Assembly (NCBI RefSeq): GCF_006345805.1
Contig: NW_021826413.1
Location: forward strand, 1 to 12,928
Direction: 5' to 3'
DNA length: 12,928 nt
DNA from: Octopus sinensis
Taxonomy: Eukaryota
Positions 1-7,800 of this stretch are shown one piece after another. The position numbers and the translations under genes are program-made. A model generated the notes under the pieces. It ran no database searches. It was not told where the DNA came from and saw only the letters and a list, made by a program, of their open reading frames with translations. Position 1 is the first letter of the stretch. Each line of letters starts with the position of its first letter.

Positions 1-57
1 TACCGCAAGGCATTCGATCCCGCGTTCTTGCAGCTCCACTTCCCTCCCCTGCATTAA

Positions 58-122
58 TACTTTTTTGATCTACCCTGAAAAGATGTAAGGTGAAGCTGAT
101 CTCCAAGGTGTTTGAACTCAGT
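58..122 (-). mobile_element. Degenerate fragment of tRNA-derived SINE family 2 (B-box plus central region)
   Basis: The reverse complement aligns by eye, with many substitutions, to 11215-11280 (gagttcaaattccgccgaggtcgactttgcctttcactctttcggggtcgataaattaagta). Confidence 0.55.
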
Positions 123-280
123 GAGGCGAGAGTGGGAAAGGGTTCTGCAAAAGAGTTTCAATTCATTGCTCAACGGTTTTAAAATACTTATGGCTGAGCG
201 GGAAGTGTCTCATAAGTAATTTAAAGAACTTCGGGGATAACAAAACTTTGTTAACTGTGGCACAGAACGAACGATCGATC

Positions 281-517
281 CTATACATATATATTTCCTA
301 TTTCTGTTGTGTGTGTGTGTCTGTGTGTGTATGCGTGTGTTGACACGGACATAAATATACACAACTGTATAATTTCATGCAAGTATGAATATATACGTAA
401 AGAATATATGTGTGCAATTACATATATACACATATGTATATAATATATATATATGCATATATATATATATATATACATACATACATACATACATATATGT
501 ATGTATGTATATATATA
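281..517. repeat. Compound (TA)n/(TG)n/(TACA)n microsatellite region
   Basis: Dinucleotide and tetranucleotide runs are directly visible. Confidence 0.85.
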
Positions 518-726
518 TGACCACGTGTGTACTGTTGGCGATTTTTTTTCCCTCCGTCTTCCCTTCTTTGGATCTTTCCTTTTTCCTATGTTTCCGACGA
601 AGAGCCCCACTCGAAACGTTAACCCTCCTTCTTTCCTTCTTTCCTGAGCGTCCAATAACACTATACTTTTCCACGTCCTCGCGTTATTGGGTTTTCTCTT
701 GTGTGTTTTTTCATGTTTGGATTAAC
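518..726 (+). mobile_element. HHR-bearing ~200-bp interspersed repeat, copy 1 (probable PLE terminal-repeat remnant or non-autonomous derivative)
   Basis: Clearly homologous to 2857-3054 (shared cctatgtttccgacgaagagc..ctcgaaacgt, ccttctttcctgagcgtccaataa, tcctcgcgtt, tgtttggattaac) and flanked by (TA)n. The PLE assignment is inferred from the established PLE-HHR association. Confidence 0.7.
590..623 (+). ncRNA. Degenerate minimal type-I hammerhead-like motif
   Basis: gttt-CCGACGA-a-gag(cccca)ctc-GAAAC-GTT-aac. Core has U4C; stem II is only 3 bp; the cleavage-site/stem I junction differs from copy 2 (gtcaaac vs gttaac). Confidence 0.5.
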
Positions 727-815
727 TATATATATATATATATATATATACATAATATAATATATATATATATAATATATATATATATTATATATATATA
801 AATATGTATGTATGT
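727..815. repeat. (TA)n microsatellite
   Basis: Directly visible. Confidence 0.95.
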
Positions 816-1101
816 CTGTAACATACGTTCGTACATATATGTGTATCTTACACACAGAGAAGCACACATAAGCCTCAATGATACGCAAGCTTGCCAAATG
901 CAAACAATCACCAGCGCACACAAACAAATACAACACATTTAATCATGTATTGATTAAATATAAATGGCCAACTTGAAACAATTTATCCTTGTTTCATTGC
1001 CGCTTCTTTATGTATGGAATACCGTTTTCTTTTTACAAATATTTGGTTTTTTTCTGTAGATGGGATCACTAATAGTTCCTCCTATTACAGAATACAAGAA
1101 A

Positions 1102-1104
<3 letters not shown>

Positions 1105-1154
<50 letters not shown>

Positions 1155-1210
1155 TATAATATCATATGTATGTATGTATGTATATTTGCACGTAGTGTGT
1201 CTGTGTGTGT
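1105..1210. repeat. (TA)n/(TATG)n microsatellite
   Basis: Directly visible. Confidence 0.9.
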
Positions 1211-1342
1211 ATTTTGTTCGTGAATGTTTGTATATGAGATTAATTGTTTATATATGGATATTTTTCTCTCCAATTTACCGCTCCAGTATCAGTTACAGAC
1301 CAAATGTTTTAAATATTAAAGGAGTGATGTTGCCAAAGTGTG

Positions 1343-1345
<3 letters not shown>

Positions 1346-1422
<77 letters not shown>

Positions 1423-1460
1423 TGTGTGTGTGTGTGTGTGTATAAATATGTATGTATGTA
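1346..1460. repeat. (TA)n-(TG)n microsatellite, resembling the internal microsatellite of SINE family 1
   Basis: Directly visible; abuts the SINE fragment exactly as in the full copies. Confidence 0.9.
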
Positions 1461-1549
1461 TACGACGAGCTTCTTTCAGTTTTCGTCTACCAAATCCACT
1501 CCACAGGGCTTTGGTCGGCCCAAAGCTATAGTAGAGGAGTAGAGGACAC
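1461..1549 (-). mobile_element. SINE family 1 fragment (post-head segment only)
   Basis: tacgacgagcttctttcagttttcgtctaccaaatccactc..ttggtcggccc matches 3317-3400 and 7505-7575. Truncated at ..gacac, with a small agtagagg duplication. Confidence 0.85.
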
Positions 1550-1761
1550 ATATATAAAATTAATTTAGACAGCAGTGTGCAAAGTTTTACCATAAAGGAA
1601 AACTCTAATTGTCACTAAATACGACTAGGGTGTTATAAACAACTACATTGCTAGTAAGAAGAGCTAAAAATGATCTAACGCTGTAATCAAAGCACATAAT
1701 AGTATACATATATTCTAAGAAGGACTATAATCGCCAGAAAATACCAATCAAGATTTCCCTA

Positions 1762-1805
1762 TACAGACTGGTCAGTTTTGGCTATTTCCGTTGCTTCATC
1801 AGTAA
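1762..1805 (-). ncRNA. Decayed type-I hammerhead-like motif
   Basis: Minus strand: tta-CTGATGA-a-gcaacggaaatagcc-AAAAC-TGACCA-GTC-tgta. CUGAUGA is intact, G12 reads A, stem III is ACTG/CAGT with a GUC site, and stems I and II are weak. Confidence 0.4.
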
Positions 1806-1847
1806 GTTTTTCTTCCGAACTGATTCCAAACTGAATTTCCTGCCAGT

Positions 1848-2163
1848 ATATATATATATATAAAACTCAACTTGTGTGTCTGTGTGTTTAACTTACCGGC
1901 ACATCTCCTCCTAGCCAACAAATCGTAGAACCACCAAAAATGGGTCACTTAAAGTTTAGGCGAATGAAAATTGAACTGCGCTATTTCTGTTCCGAAGTTC
2001 ATCACGCAAGTGCAAAAATCGATAATGTGTTTGTTTAGGCCTTATCCCATTGAATAGTGGACTTTACTTAGTCAGCTGTTTGACGTGACTTTGTTCACCA
2101 CGCGTGCAAGCATGCGTAAATTGCATGAAAAATAAAAAATAAAAAGCCGGGCAATACTGCTAG
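1848..2163 (+). mobile_element. Putative non-autonomous Helitron-like element
   Basis: Begins tatatataaaactcaacttgtgtgtctgtgtg and ends gccgggcaatactgCTAG|t. A CTAG end followed by T is Helitron-typical. The subterminal hairpin is degenerate and no coding sequence is present. Confidence 0.4.
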
Positions 2164-2590
2164 TATATATATATATATATATAACACATTTGTACACACA
2201 CGCACACACATACATTCACTCCCACGCACGTACACACACACATTTACATATATATACAATACACGCACACACACATACACACGTACAAACACCCACTAAT
2301 TCACATACACACCGACACATATACATACACACAACATATATCTCCACGCGCACGCACACATGCACATACGTACACACATATAAGCACAGACACACACATA
2401 CATACGCACACTCGCACACAATCATACATACGTATATATACACACACACGCACGTACAAGCACACACGCACACATACACTAAGTCTAAGCACAGTTACTC
2501 GCCATACACACAAAAAACGCACAAGTACACACACACATACTACAACAAAACACACACACGATACATATACACGCACACACACACATACCT
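2164..2590. repeat. (TA)n then degenerate (CA)n microsatellite
   Basis: Directly visible. Confidence 0.9.
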
Positions 2591-2856
2591 CCCTGTTTCT
2601 TACCTGCCTTTCTTACTTGCTAGGGTACCCCCACCCACTCCTTAATTCCCTACTGCCTGCTACCAGCCATCGTCCACCATTCCACTACTGCTTGCTACTA
2701 GCCATCGTCAACCATACACACACATACACACACACGCACACACTCACACACCCTTGTCATCTCGCACACCTTTTTTACCATTCATTCTCTGATTCAGCTC
2801 TTGTTTTTAAAAAAACACTTTTCCTTCCTTTTGACCACTTCCGTCTTTTCAGTATG

Positions 2857-3054
2857 TGACCTCGTGTAGACTACCTGCTATTTTTTTCCTCTGTCCTCCC
2901 GTCTCAGGATGTTTCTTTCTCCTATGTTTCCGACGAAGAGCTCCGCTCGAAACGTCAAACCCTCCTTCTTCCCTTCTTTCCTGAGCGTCCAATAATACTT
3001 TATTTGTTCCACATCCTCGCGTTGTTGTTTTTTTGTTTTCTTGTTTGGATTAAC
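2857..3054 (+). mobile_element. HHR-bearing ~200-bp interspersed repeat, copy 2 (may extend upstream to ~2620)
   Basis: Homologous to 518-726 and followed by a short (TA)n. Confidence 0.7.
2926..2960 (+). ncRNA. Minimal type-I hammerhead-like motif (U4C variant)
   Basis: gttt(2926-29)-CCGACGA(2930-36)-a-gagc(tcc)gctc-GAAAC(2949-53)-GTC(2954-56)-aaac(2957-60). Stem I is 4 bp, stem II is 4 bp, and the loopless ACGT palindromic stem III is typical of PLE minimal HHRs. Confidence 0.7.
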
Positions 3055-3067
3055 TTTATATATATAT

Positions 3068-3473
3068 TCTTTTTTCTTTTCTTTTCTTTTACTTGTTTCA
3101 GTCATTTGACTGCGGCCATGCTGGAGCACCGCCTTTAGTCGAGCAAATCGACCCCGGGACTTATTCTTTGTAAGCCCAGTACTTATTCTATCGGTCTCTT
3201 TTGCCGAACCGCTAAGTGACGGGGACGTAAACACACCAGCATCGGTTGTCAAGCAATGCTAGGGGGACAAACACAGACACACAAACATATACACACGCAC
3301 TAATATATATACATATATACGACAGGCTTCTTTCAGTTTCCGTCTACCAAATCCACTCACAAGGCATTGGTCGGCCCGGGGCTATAGCCAAAGACACTTG
3401 CCCAAGATGCCACGCAGTGGGACTGAACCCGGAACCATGTGGTTGGTTAGCAAGCTACTTACCACACAGCCAC
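3068..3473 (-). mobile_element. Full-length tRNA-derived SINE, family 1
   Basis: Minus-strand A-box TGGCTGTGTGG (3462-3472) and B-box GGTTCAGTCCC (3419-3429), internal TA/CA microsatellite, body, and (aaaag)n-like tail. Near-identical copies lie at 7251 and 11535. Confidence 0.9.
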
Positions 3474-3487
3474 ACATATATATATAC

Positions 3488-3890
3488 ATGGTGGTTGTCT
3501 ACTCGTTATGCGGAGTTTGACCATTTCTTGTACCTGCACTTTTGAACCATACTGGCAGAAAATGTTTTGAAAAGATACCCGCATATATTGCATATCTGAT
3601 TTGGACCACCAACAGCTGCAGTTGAGTTCTGATCTTTATGGATCTTAAAATGTCTTTTGAGGCCTCCGTTAGATTTGCAAACCTTCTGGCATACATTGCA
3701 ATGAAAGGTGTACACAGATATATTGGCAGAATAGTTGGTGGAGGTTCGTTTTCCATGGGTTCGTAAATGAAATTTGAGCCCAGCAAAAGAAAGGCATGGT
3801 CTGTCACAAACTGTACACAGAAAAACGTCATTGAGATTCACCTTCTCAATCGTAACATTCTTCTTTAAATTTCCCTTTTTAAATCACGTC
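3488..3890 (-). mobile_element. 3'-terminal fragment of a LINE (RTE-like ORF2 C-terminus), inferred
   Basis: Zinc fingers of the CxxC..S.(A/G)GL..H...H type without TGEKP linkers, a basic upstream segment (KKGNLKK), a short 3' tail ending in (TA)n, and a 5' break at a (TA)n tract. Confidence 0.55.
3506..3841 (-). pseudogene. C2H2 zinc-finger coding remnant: 2 intact fingers plus 1 broken
   Basis: CTVCDRPCLSFAGLKFHLRTH (3755-3817), CNVCQKVCKSNGGLKRHFKIH (3638-3700), and CNICGYLFKT (from 3592) lacking its His pair. The start is GTG and an in-frame stop lies upstream at 3884-3886. Confidence 0.8.
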
Positions 3891-3891
3891 T

Positions 3892-3925
<34 letters not shown>

Positions 3926-3960
3926 ATATTATATTATATACATACATACATACATATATA
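3891..3960. repeat. (TA)n microsatellite
   Basis: Directly visible. Confidence 0.95.
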
Positions 3961-4012
3961 AGTGTAGGAAGAAATGGAGCTGAACGAAGATTTAACAAAA
4001 TTCCTTTTTATT

Positions 4013-4098
4013 ATTTTCTACATATGTTTCAAAGGCTGCAAAGTCCCTAATTCGGATTGAATAAGGAGTCCATTTTGCAGTCTTCTCTTCAGGAAAAT
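4013..4098 (-). ncRNA. Type-I hammerhead ribozyme motif with canonical core and long stem II
   Basis: Minus strand: attttc-CTGAAGA-g.aagactgcaaa[31 nt]tttgcagcctt.t-GAAAC-atat-GTA-gaaaat. Stem I is 6 bp, stem II is 12 bp with one A.C mismatch and a closing G.U, stem III is the palindrome ACATATGT, and the site is GUA. Confidence 0.8.
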
Positions 4099-4163
4099 CC
4101 AGGAACTTAATTCTCCAACAAAATGCACAGCAAGCTTTTCGACAAAACGCTCACGAGGAGCCC

Positions 4164-4252
4164 ATATATATATATATTATATTTATTATATATAATATAT
4201 ATATATATATATATTATACATACATATAGACATATATATGCATACATATAGA
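4164..4252. repeat. (TA)n microsatellite
   Basis: Directly visible. Confidence 0.95.
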
Positions 4253-4310
4253 TAAGAAAATAAGAAAATGAGAAGACAAAGGAATAAAGGATTAACTTGT
4301 AAACTTCAAT

Positions 4311-4392
4311 AGCTTACAGCTGTTTCTGCTATAAGATTGCAAAAGGCTAATATTTGAGTGCCTGAACAACACATAATAGCTTCATCGGAGCC
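4311..4392 (-). ncRNA. Type-I hammerhead-like motif (U4C variant, long stem II loop)
   Basis: Minus strand: ggct-CCGATGA-a.gctat[43 nt]atagc.a-GAAAC-agct-GTA-agct. Stem I is 4 bp including G.U, stem II is 5 bp behind an A.A juxtaposition, and stem III is the palindrome ACAGCTGT. Confidence 0.6.
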
Positions 4393-4435
4393 TCGAATAT
4401 GAAGTGCAATTTATTTGAGGAAAGAATTACATTTA

Positions 4436-4535
4436 TGCATACACACACACACACACATACACACATATATATATACATACATATATATATATATATATAA
4501 AAGTAAAAGCATGTTATGTATGCATATATGCATAC
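4436..4535. repeat. (CA)n/(TA)n microsatellite
   Basis: Directly visible. Confidence 0.85.
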
Positions 4536-4657
4536 ATAAAGAACCATACAATTCTCTATGCATTTTAATAGTTAATTTGATATATGAATTCATTCTTGCA
4601 CGTTTGAATATAGATGTGTACATATCTAAGTGTTTACTGACTGAATACGTCAGAAAT

Positions 4658-4850
4658 TCTTCTTCTTCATCTTCTTCTTCATCTTCCTCTTCTTCTTGCT
4701 CATGTTCCTCTTGTTCCTATTGTTCTTCTTCGTCTTCTTGTTCTCCTCGTTCTTCTTTCCTCTCGTTCTTCTCCCTCTTCCTGTCCCTCTCCTTCTTCTT
4801 CCCTCTTCTTTCTCTCCTTCGTGTTCTCACCGCCTTTCTCTCCTCATTCC
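4658..4850. repeat. Degenerate (CTT)n polypyrimidine tract
   Basis: Directly visible. Confidence 0.9.
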
Positions 4851-5219
4851 CGTTCAAAACGCCGGACCACCGGACGTCTGTCAGCCATTATCTATAAAAA
4901 TAGGCACGTGATTAGCACCAATCCACCTCCTGTTGAGCTATAATCATATTTTTGCCCGTTATCTCCTTTCGCTATAAACACAAACTGTAAGATGTGTAGC
5001 GCGGATTAACAGCAGGACTTTACCGTCTCTTCCACTTATTCCGCTCTCCTCTGTGTGTCTGTAGGTCCATGCGATTGTGTGTTTGTATGTGTGTCTGTGT
5101 GTCCATGGCGAGGTACGATCGTATAAATTATGAAACGCTGTGGCTAGCAAAACGCTTAGCTAATTGAAAGCATCTCTTGGCCATAAATCAAATGAATCTC
5201 CAATAAGATCTCCGATCTC

Positions 5220-6420
5220 TGAGAGAACGAGTGAGAGAGAGAGAGAGGGGGGGAGGAGATGGAAAGAGAGAGAGCGAGAGATAGGGGGAGAGAGGGAGAG
5301 AAACAGACAGTGTGAGACAGAGAGAAAGTGAGGAAAGAAAGAAAAAAATTCCTGCACTCTTCCTTGTTTCTAAGATTGTTTATTACATTGGAGAGCAGAG
5401 AAAGAGAAGGACAAAAATGGATTGAGCGAGAGACAGAGAGAGGGAGAGCGTGTGCATGGAAGAGGTGAAGAGTTTGGGGAGAGAGAGAGAGTGATTGAAA
5501 GAAGACGAAGGAGCAGGATGTATGAGTACAAGAGGGAAAGGAGGAGAAGAAAGGAAAGGAAAGTGACAGGGGGTACGAGTGGAATGGTAACTGGAAGAGT
5601 ATGTTTTAGAGGATTAGAGAGAGAGAGAGAGAGAGGAGAGAGGAGGAGAGAGAGAGGAGAGGACACAGAGCACACACACACACACATCACAATATATATC
5701 TTATCACTTCCTTCTATATATATATATATACAACAATAAATCTCACATTCTCTCTCTTTCTTTCTTTCTCTCTCTCTCTCTGTATATGTGTGTGTGCGTG
5801 TGTGGGTGTTCGCGCGCGTGTCTGTGTGTGTAACTGTGTGTCTGTCTATGTGTGTAGGGAGAGGCAGAGAGAGAGAGAGTGTGTGAGTGTGAGAGAGAGA
5901 GTGTGTGTTTGAGAGAGAGTGTGTGTTTGAGAGAGAGTGTGTGTTTGAGAGAGAGTGTGTGTATGAGAGAGAGAGAGAGAGAGAGAGAGTGAGTGAGAGA
6001 GTGTGTGTATGTGAGAGAGAGAGAGAAGGAAAATGATAAGGAAAGTAAACAAAGATAGAGTAAAACGGCAACTGGTGGAGTGAGTCACTGAGAGATGGAG
6101 AGCGAGAGATGGAGAGCGAGAGAGATGGAGAGAGAGATGTGGAGAGAGTGTGAGATGGAGAGCGAGAGAGATGGAGAGCGAGAGAGATAGAGAGTGAGAG
6201 AGATGGAGAGCGAGAGAGATGGAGAGCGAGAGAGATGGAGAGCGAGAGAGATGGAGAGAGAGAGAGATAGAGAGTGAGAGAGATGGAGAGCGAGAGAGAT
6301 GGAGAGCGAGAGAGATGGAGAGCGAGAGATATGGAGAGAGAGAGAGAGAGAGTGATGGTATGAGGATGCTGGTAGGAGAGAAAGTGAGCGAGAGAAATAT
6401 AAAAAGAACGAATGAAAGAA
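5220..6420. repeat. Purine-rich (GA)n compound region with embedded 18-bp and 14/16-bp minisatellites
   Basis: (gagagagagtgtgtgttt)x~4 at ~5893-5965 and (gagagagatggagagc)-like units at ~6090-6335. Confidence 0.85.
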
Positions 6421-6519
6421 AAATTGATTAAATAAATGTAAAAATGGAGGAAAAAATAAATGGAAAAGCATGACATTTGGTTCACGTGCTGAACGTGAAC
6501 ATCCCCCACCCCAACACAT

Positions 6520-6715
6520 TTGTGAGTATGTGTGTATGTATGTGTGTGTATGTGTGTCTGTGTATGTGTATGTATGTGTATGTGTGTCTGTGTATGTGTA
6601 TGTATGTGTGTGTATGTGTTTGTGTATGTGTATGTACGTGTGTGTATGTGTTTGTGTATGTGTATGTATGTGTGTGTATGTGTTTGTGTATGTGTATGTA
6701 TGTGTGTGTGTGTGG
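6520..6715. repeat. (TG/TATG)n compound microsatellite with ~32-bp higher-order units
   Basis: gtatgtgtgtgtatgtgtttgtgtatgtgtat-like units recur. Confidence 0.85.
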
Positions 6716-7177
6716 CGGCGTGCGCGCTCGCGCTCAATGTAATTTATAAGTTCGATTGCATAGGTGAAAGCTATAAATGTCACGAATTCAAAAGTTATAT
6801 TGGCCATACAAGTACAACACATCCCCGGCGGTTCACCATGCACTTACAAGAAGCAACGTCAACCAACCAACTAACCAACCACACATTGCATAACACTAGT
6901 AAATAGGAAAGCGTTACTGGAAGAAAACACATTTATTTTCTCGAGAAATTCCCCTACAGAAGCTGATGTTTAAAAGTAATACTTACAGCACTATGCGATG
7001 GTAAAATTATAAATACAAACAACACGCATTGGAATCGGAATGAAAACTAGAAATATTTAAATCGATGACGCATAAAGCTAGCGGACAAAATTGAAATATT
7101 GGCGACTATGCTGTCTATAATACACACATCTCTTGCCTTTAGTTACAATAAAGGGACAACACACGACAATGTCACTC

Positions 7178-7218
7178 CATCCTGAAGATTGGGCTGTGAC
7201 GGTCTAGAAACGTTGATG
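7178..7218 (+). ncRNA. Minimal type-I hammerhead-like motif
   Basis: catc-CTGAAGA(7182-88)-t-tgggc(tgtgacg)gtcta-GAAAC(7207-11)-GTT-gatg. Stem I is 4 bp, stem II is 5 bp with two G.U pairs, and stem III is the palindrome AACGTT. Confidence 0.55.
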
Positions 7219-7250
7219 ATGGATATAAGAGCTTTATGTTTCCAAACACA

Positions 7251-7465
7251 TCTCTTTTACTCTTTTACTTGTTTCACCCATTTGACTGTGGTCATGTTGG
7301 AGCACCGTCTTTAGTCGAGCAAATCGACCCCAGGACTTATTCTTTGTAAGCCTAGTACTTATTCTATCGGTCGCTTTTGCCGAACCACTAGGTTACGGTG
7401 ACGTAAACACACCAGCATTGGTTGTCAAGCGATATTGGGGGGACAAACAGAGACACACAAACACA

Positions 7466-7507
<42 letters not shown>

Positions 7508-7657
7508 GACGGACTTCTTTCAGTTTCCGTCTACCAAATCCACTCACAAGGCCCGAGGCTATAGTAGAAGACACTTACCCAAGATGCCACGCAGTGGGAC
7601 TGAACCCGGAACCATGTGATTCGTAAAGAATCTGCTTCCACACAGCCACTCCTACGC
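7251..7657 (-). mobile_element. Full-length tRNA-derived SINE, family 1
   Basis: Colinear with 3068-3473 (head, (TA)n insert, body, tail). Confidence 0.9.
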
Positions 7658-7800
7658 CACGATGTGGAAATCAAAATAAAATTGGTACAACGCTTTTTTT
7701 TTCTGCTATGGAAAAGAAAAGCTGGATCCTCAGGTCAACGTCTACTCTGAATAAATTGTCAAATTTTGCACAACACAGACGCGGGCTGGCGGGCACGACA

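Noticed and set aside
281-2645. Many Y/I/T/H/V/C-rich ORFs
   Set aside because: Translations of (TA)n, (CA)n and (TG)n repeats, which lack stops in some frames; no domain content.
3506-3841. Intact host C2H2-ZNF gene
   Set aside because: No TGEKP linkers, GTG start with an upstream in-frame stop, a broken third finger, and a position between mobile elements.
4131-4163. Possible seventh hammerhead on the minus strand (ctcCTCGTGAgcgttttgtcGAAAagctt)
   Set aside because: Two core mismatches, poor stem II, no NUH site and no stem I.
4013-4392. Classical tandem-repeat retrozyme array
   Set aside because: The two HHR islands share no primary sequence, so they are not monomers of one array.
6480-6500. 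8-bp hairpin gttcacgt/acgtgaac
   Set aside because: Short, isolated and compatible with chance.
6757-6842. Inverted repeat tgcataggtgaa/ttcaccatgca as a pre-miRNA
   Set aside because: Only ~11 bp pair and the 63-nt interior is unpaired.
5370-6843. 455-aa and 252-aa minus-strand ORFs
   Set aside because: Entirely (CA)n/(CT)n-derived HT and LS dipeptide runs.
7690-7740. Minus-strand CTGAGGA..GAAA
   Set aside because: Followed by an A-run, with no stem III/NUH or stem I complement.
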